NCBI GenBank assembly: GCA_018062765.1
Contig: JAGORR010000001.1
Span: forward strand, 10,087-74,086
Length of the DNA stretch: 64,000 nucleotides
Source: Minisyncoccota bacterium
GTDB taxonomy: Bacteria > Patescibacteriota > Minisyncoccia > Phycocordibacterales > Phycocordibacteraceae
Direction: 5' to 3'
In this document: in pieces, positions 63,746-64,000 of the stretch
Position numbering within the stretch: position 1 is the stretch's first letter
Layout: every line of letters begins with the position of its first letter
Translations under genes and position numbers: made by a program
Notes under the pieces: model-generated
The model's input: the letters and a program-made list of their open reading frames with translations, nothing else
Database searches by the model: none
Told to the model about the DNA's origin: nothing

Positions 63746-64000
63746 CTATTGATTCATCGGCATCACCAAGTAGAGAAAGCCTGCATCCCCCGCGCCACGC
63801 ATCACCAACGGGCGACCGATACCTGCAGCGGAGACGGAGATACTGTCGGAAGTAAACGAAGAGAATGGTGAGGCCAAGTAGCGGTGATTAAATGAGAGCT
63901 CAAGGGCTTCTCCGGTGAGAGAACCGGCTACCCCTTCATCAGACTCGCCCACCTCAGCATTCTTTGCCGAGAGCATGAGCTTCTTTCCTTTTTGATCAAA
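63746..64000 (-). CDS. dnaN: DNA polymerase III beta sliding clamp, C-terminal fragment (gene continues beyond window end)
   Basis: C-terminal LSFNHRYL...PLVMRG...FLYLVMPM is characteristic of DnaN. The ORF has no start codon within the window. Confidence 0.8.
   Translation of the reverse strand, partial: FDQKGKKLMLSAKNAEVGESDEGVAGSLTGEALELSFNHRYLASPFSSFTSDSISVSAAGIGRPLVMRGAGDAGFLYLVMPMNQ

Noticed and set aside
1-64000. CRISPR arrays, rRNA operons, transposases, integrases, restriction-modification or known toxin-antitoxin genes
   Set aside because: No regularly spaced direct repeats, no rRNA-like conserved stretches, and no ORF with recombinase, transposase, methyltransferase or nuclease-toxin motifs were seen anywhere in the window.

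Overview
High-GC (~60%) bacterial chromosomal segment, compact and gene-dense, with many overlapping start/stop junctions and short protein versions. It is possibly a reduced-genome Patescibacteria/CPR-like lineage, which is inference only. About 75 CDS, almost all housekeeping: ftsK, recA, efp, rpsF-ssb-rpsR, metG, glyQS, ileS, argS, glyA, a tmk/thyA/dcd/folA nucleotide-folate cluster, rplK-nusG-secE, mscL, a ZIP transporter with a Fur-family regulator, ruvA/ruvB/ruvC/ruvX, tsaE-polA-holA, pilM/N/O plus pilB, a class A PBP, and partial dnaN at the right edge. Ten tRNA genes were identified by manual cloverleaf folding. No rRNA, CRISPR array, transposase, integrase or restriction-modification genes were seen, and no single clear-cut novel multigene system was recognised. 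The most unusual points are: (1) ileS carries an embedded histidine-phosphatase (PGAM-type) domain and a non-canonical HIGH motif; (2) a ~650-bp low-GC single-gene insertion (membrane protein) sits right after glyA; (3) an SD-equipped, promoter- and terminator-bounded operon of two small proteins lies between ileS and argS; (4) CofE-like and ATP-grasp ligase genes sit inside the thymidylate/folate cluster; (5) tRNA loci carry partial tRNA duplications, ORF-less hairpin-rich inserts and a recurring palindromic hairpin that incorporates the tRNA CCA end; (6) a lower-GC segment follows tRNA-Lys, with a perfect 13-bp-arm palindrome and a nuclease-fold gene coupled to holA. Note that the ORF track labels GTG/TTG starts as M; several listed ORFs carry spurious N-terminal extensions and were trimmed to internal ATG starts checked in the sequence.
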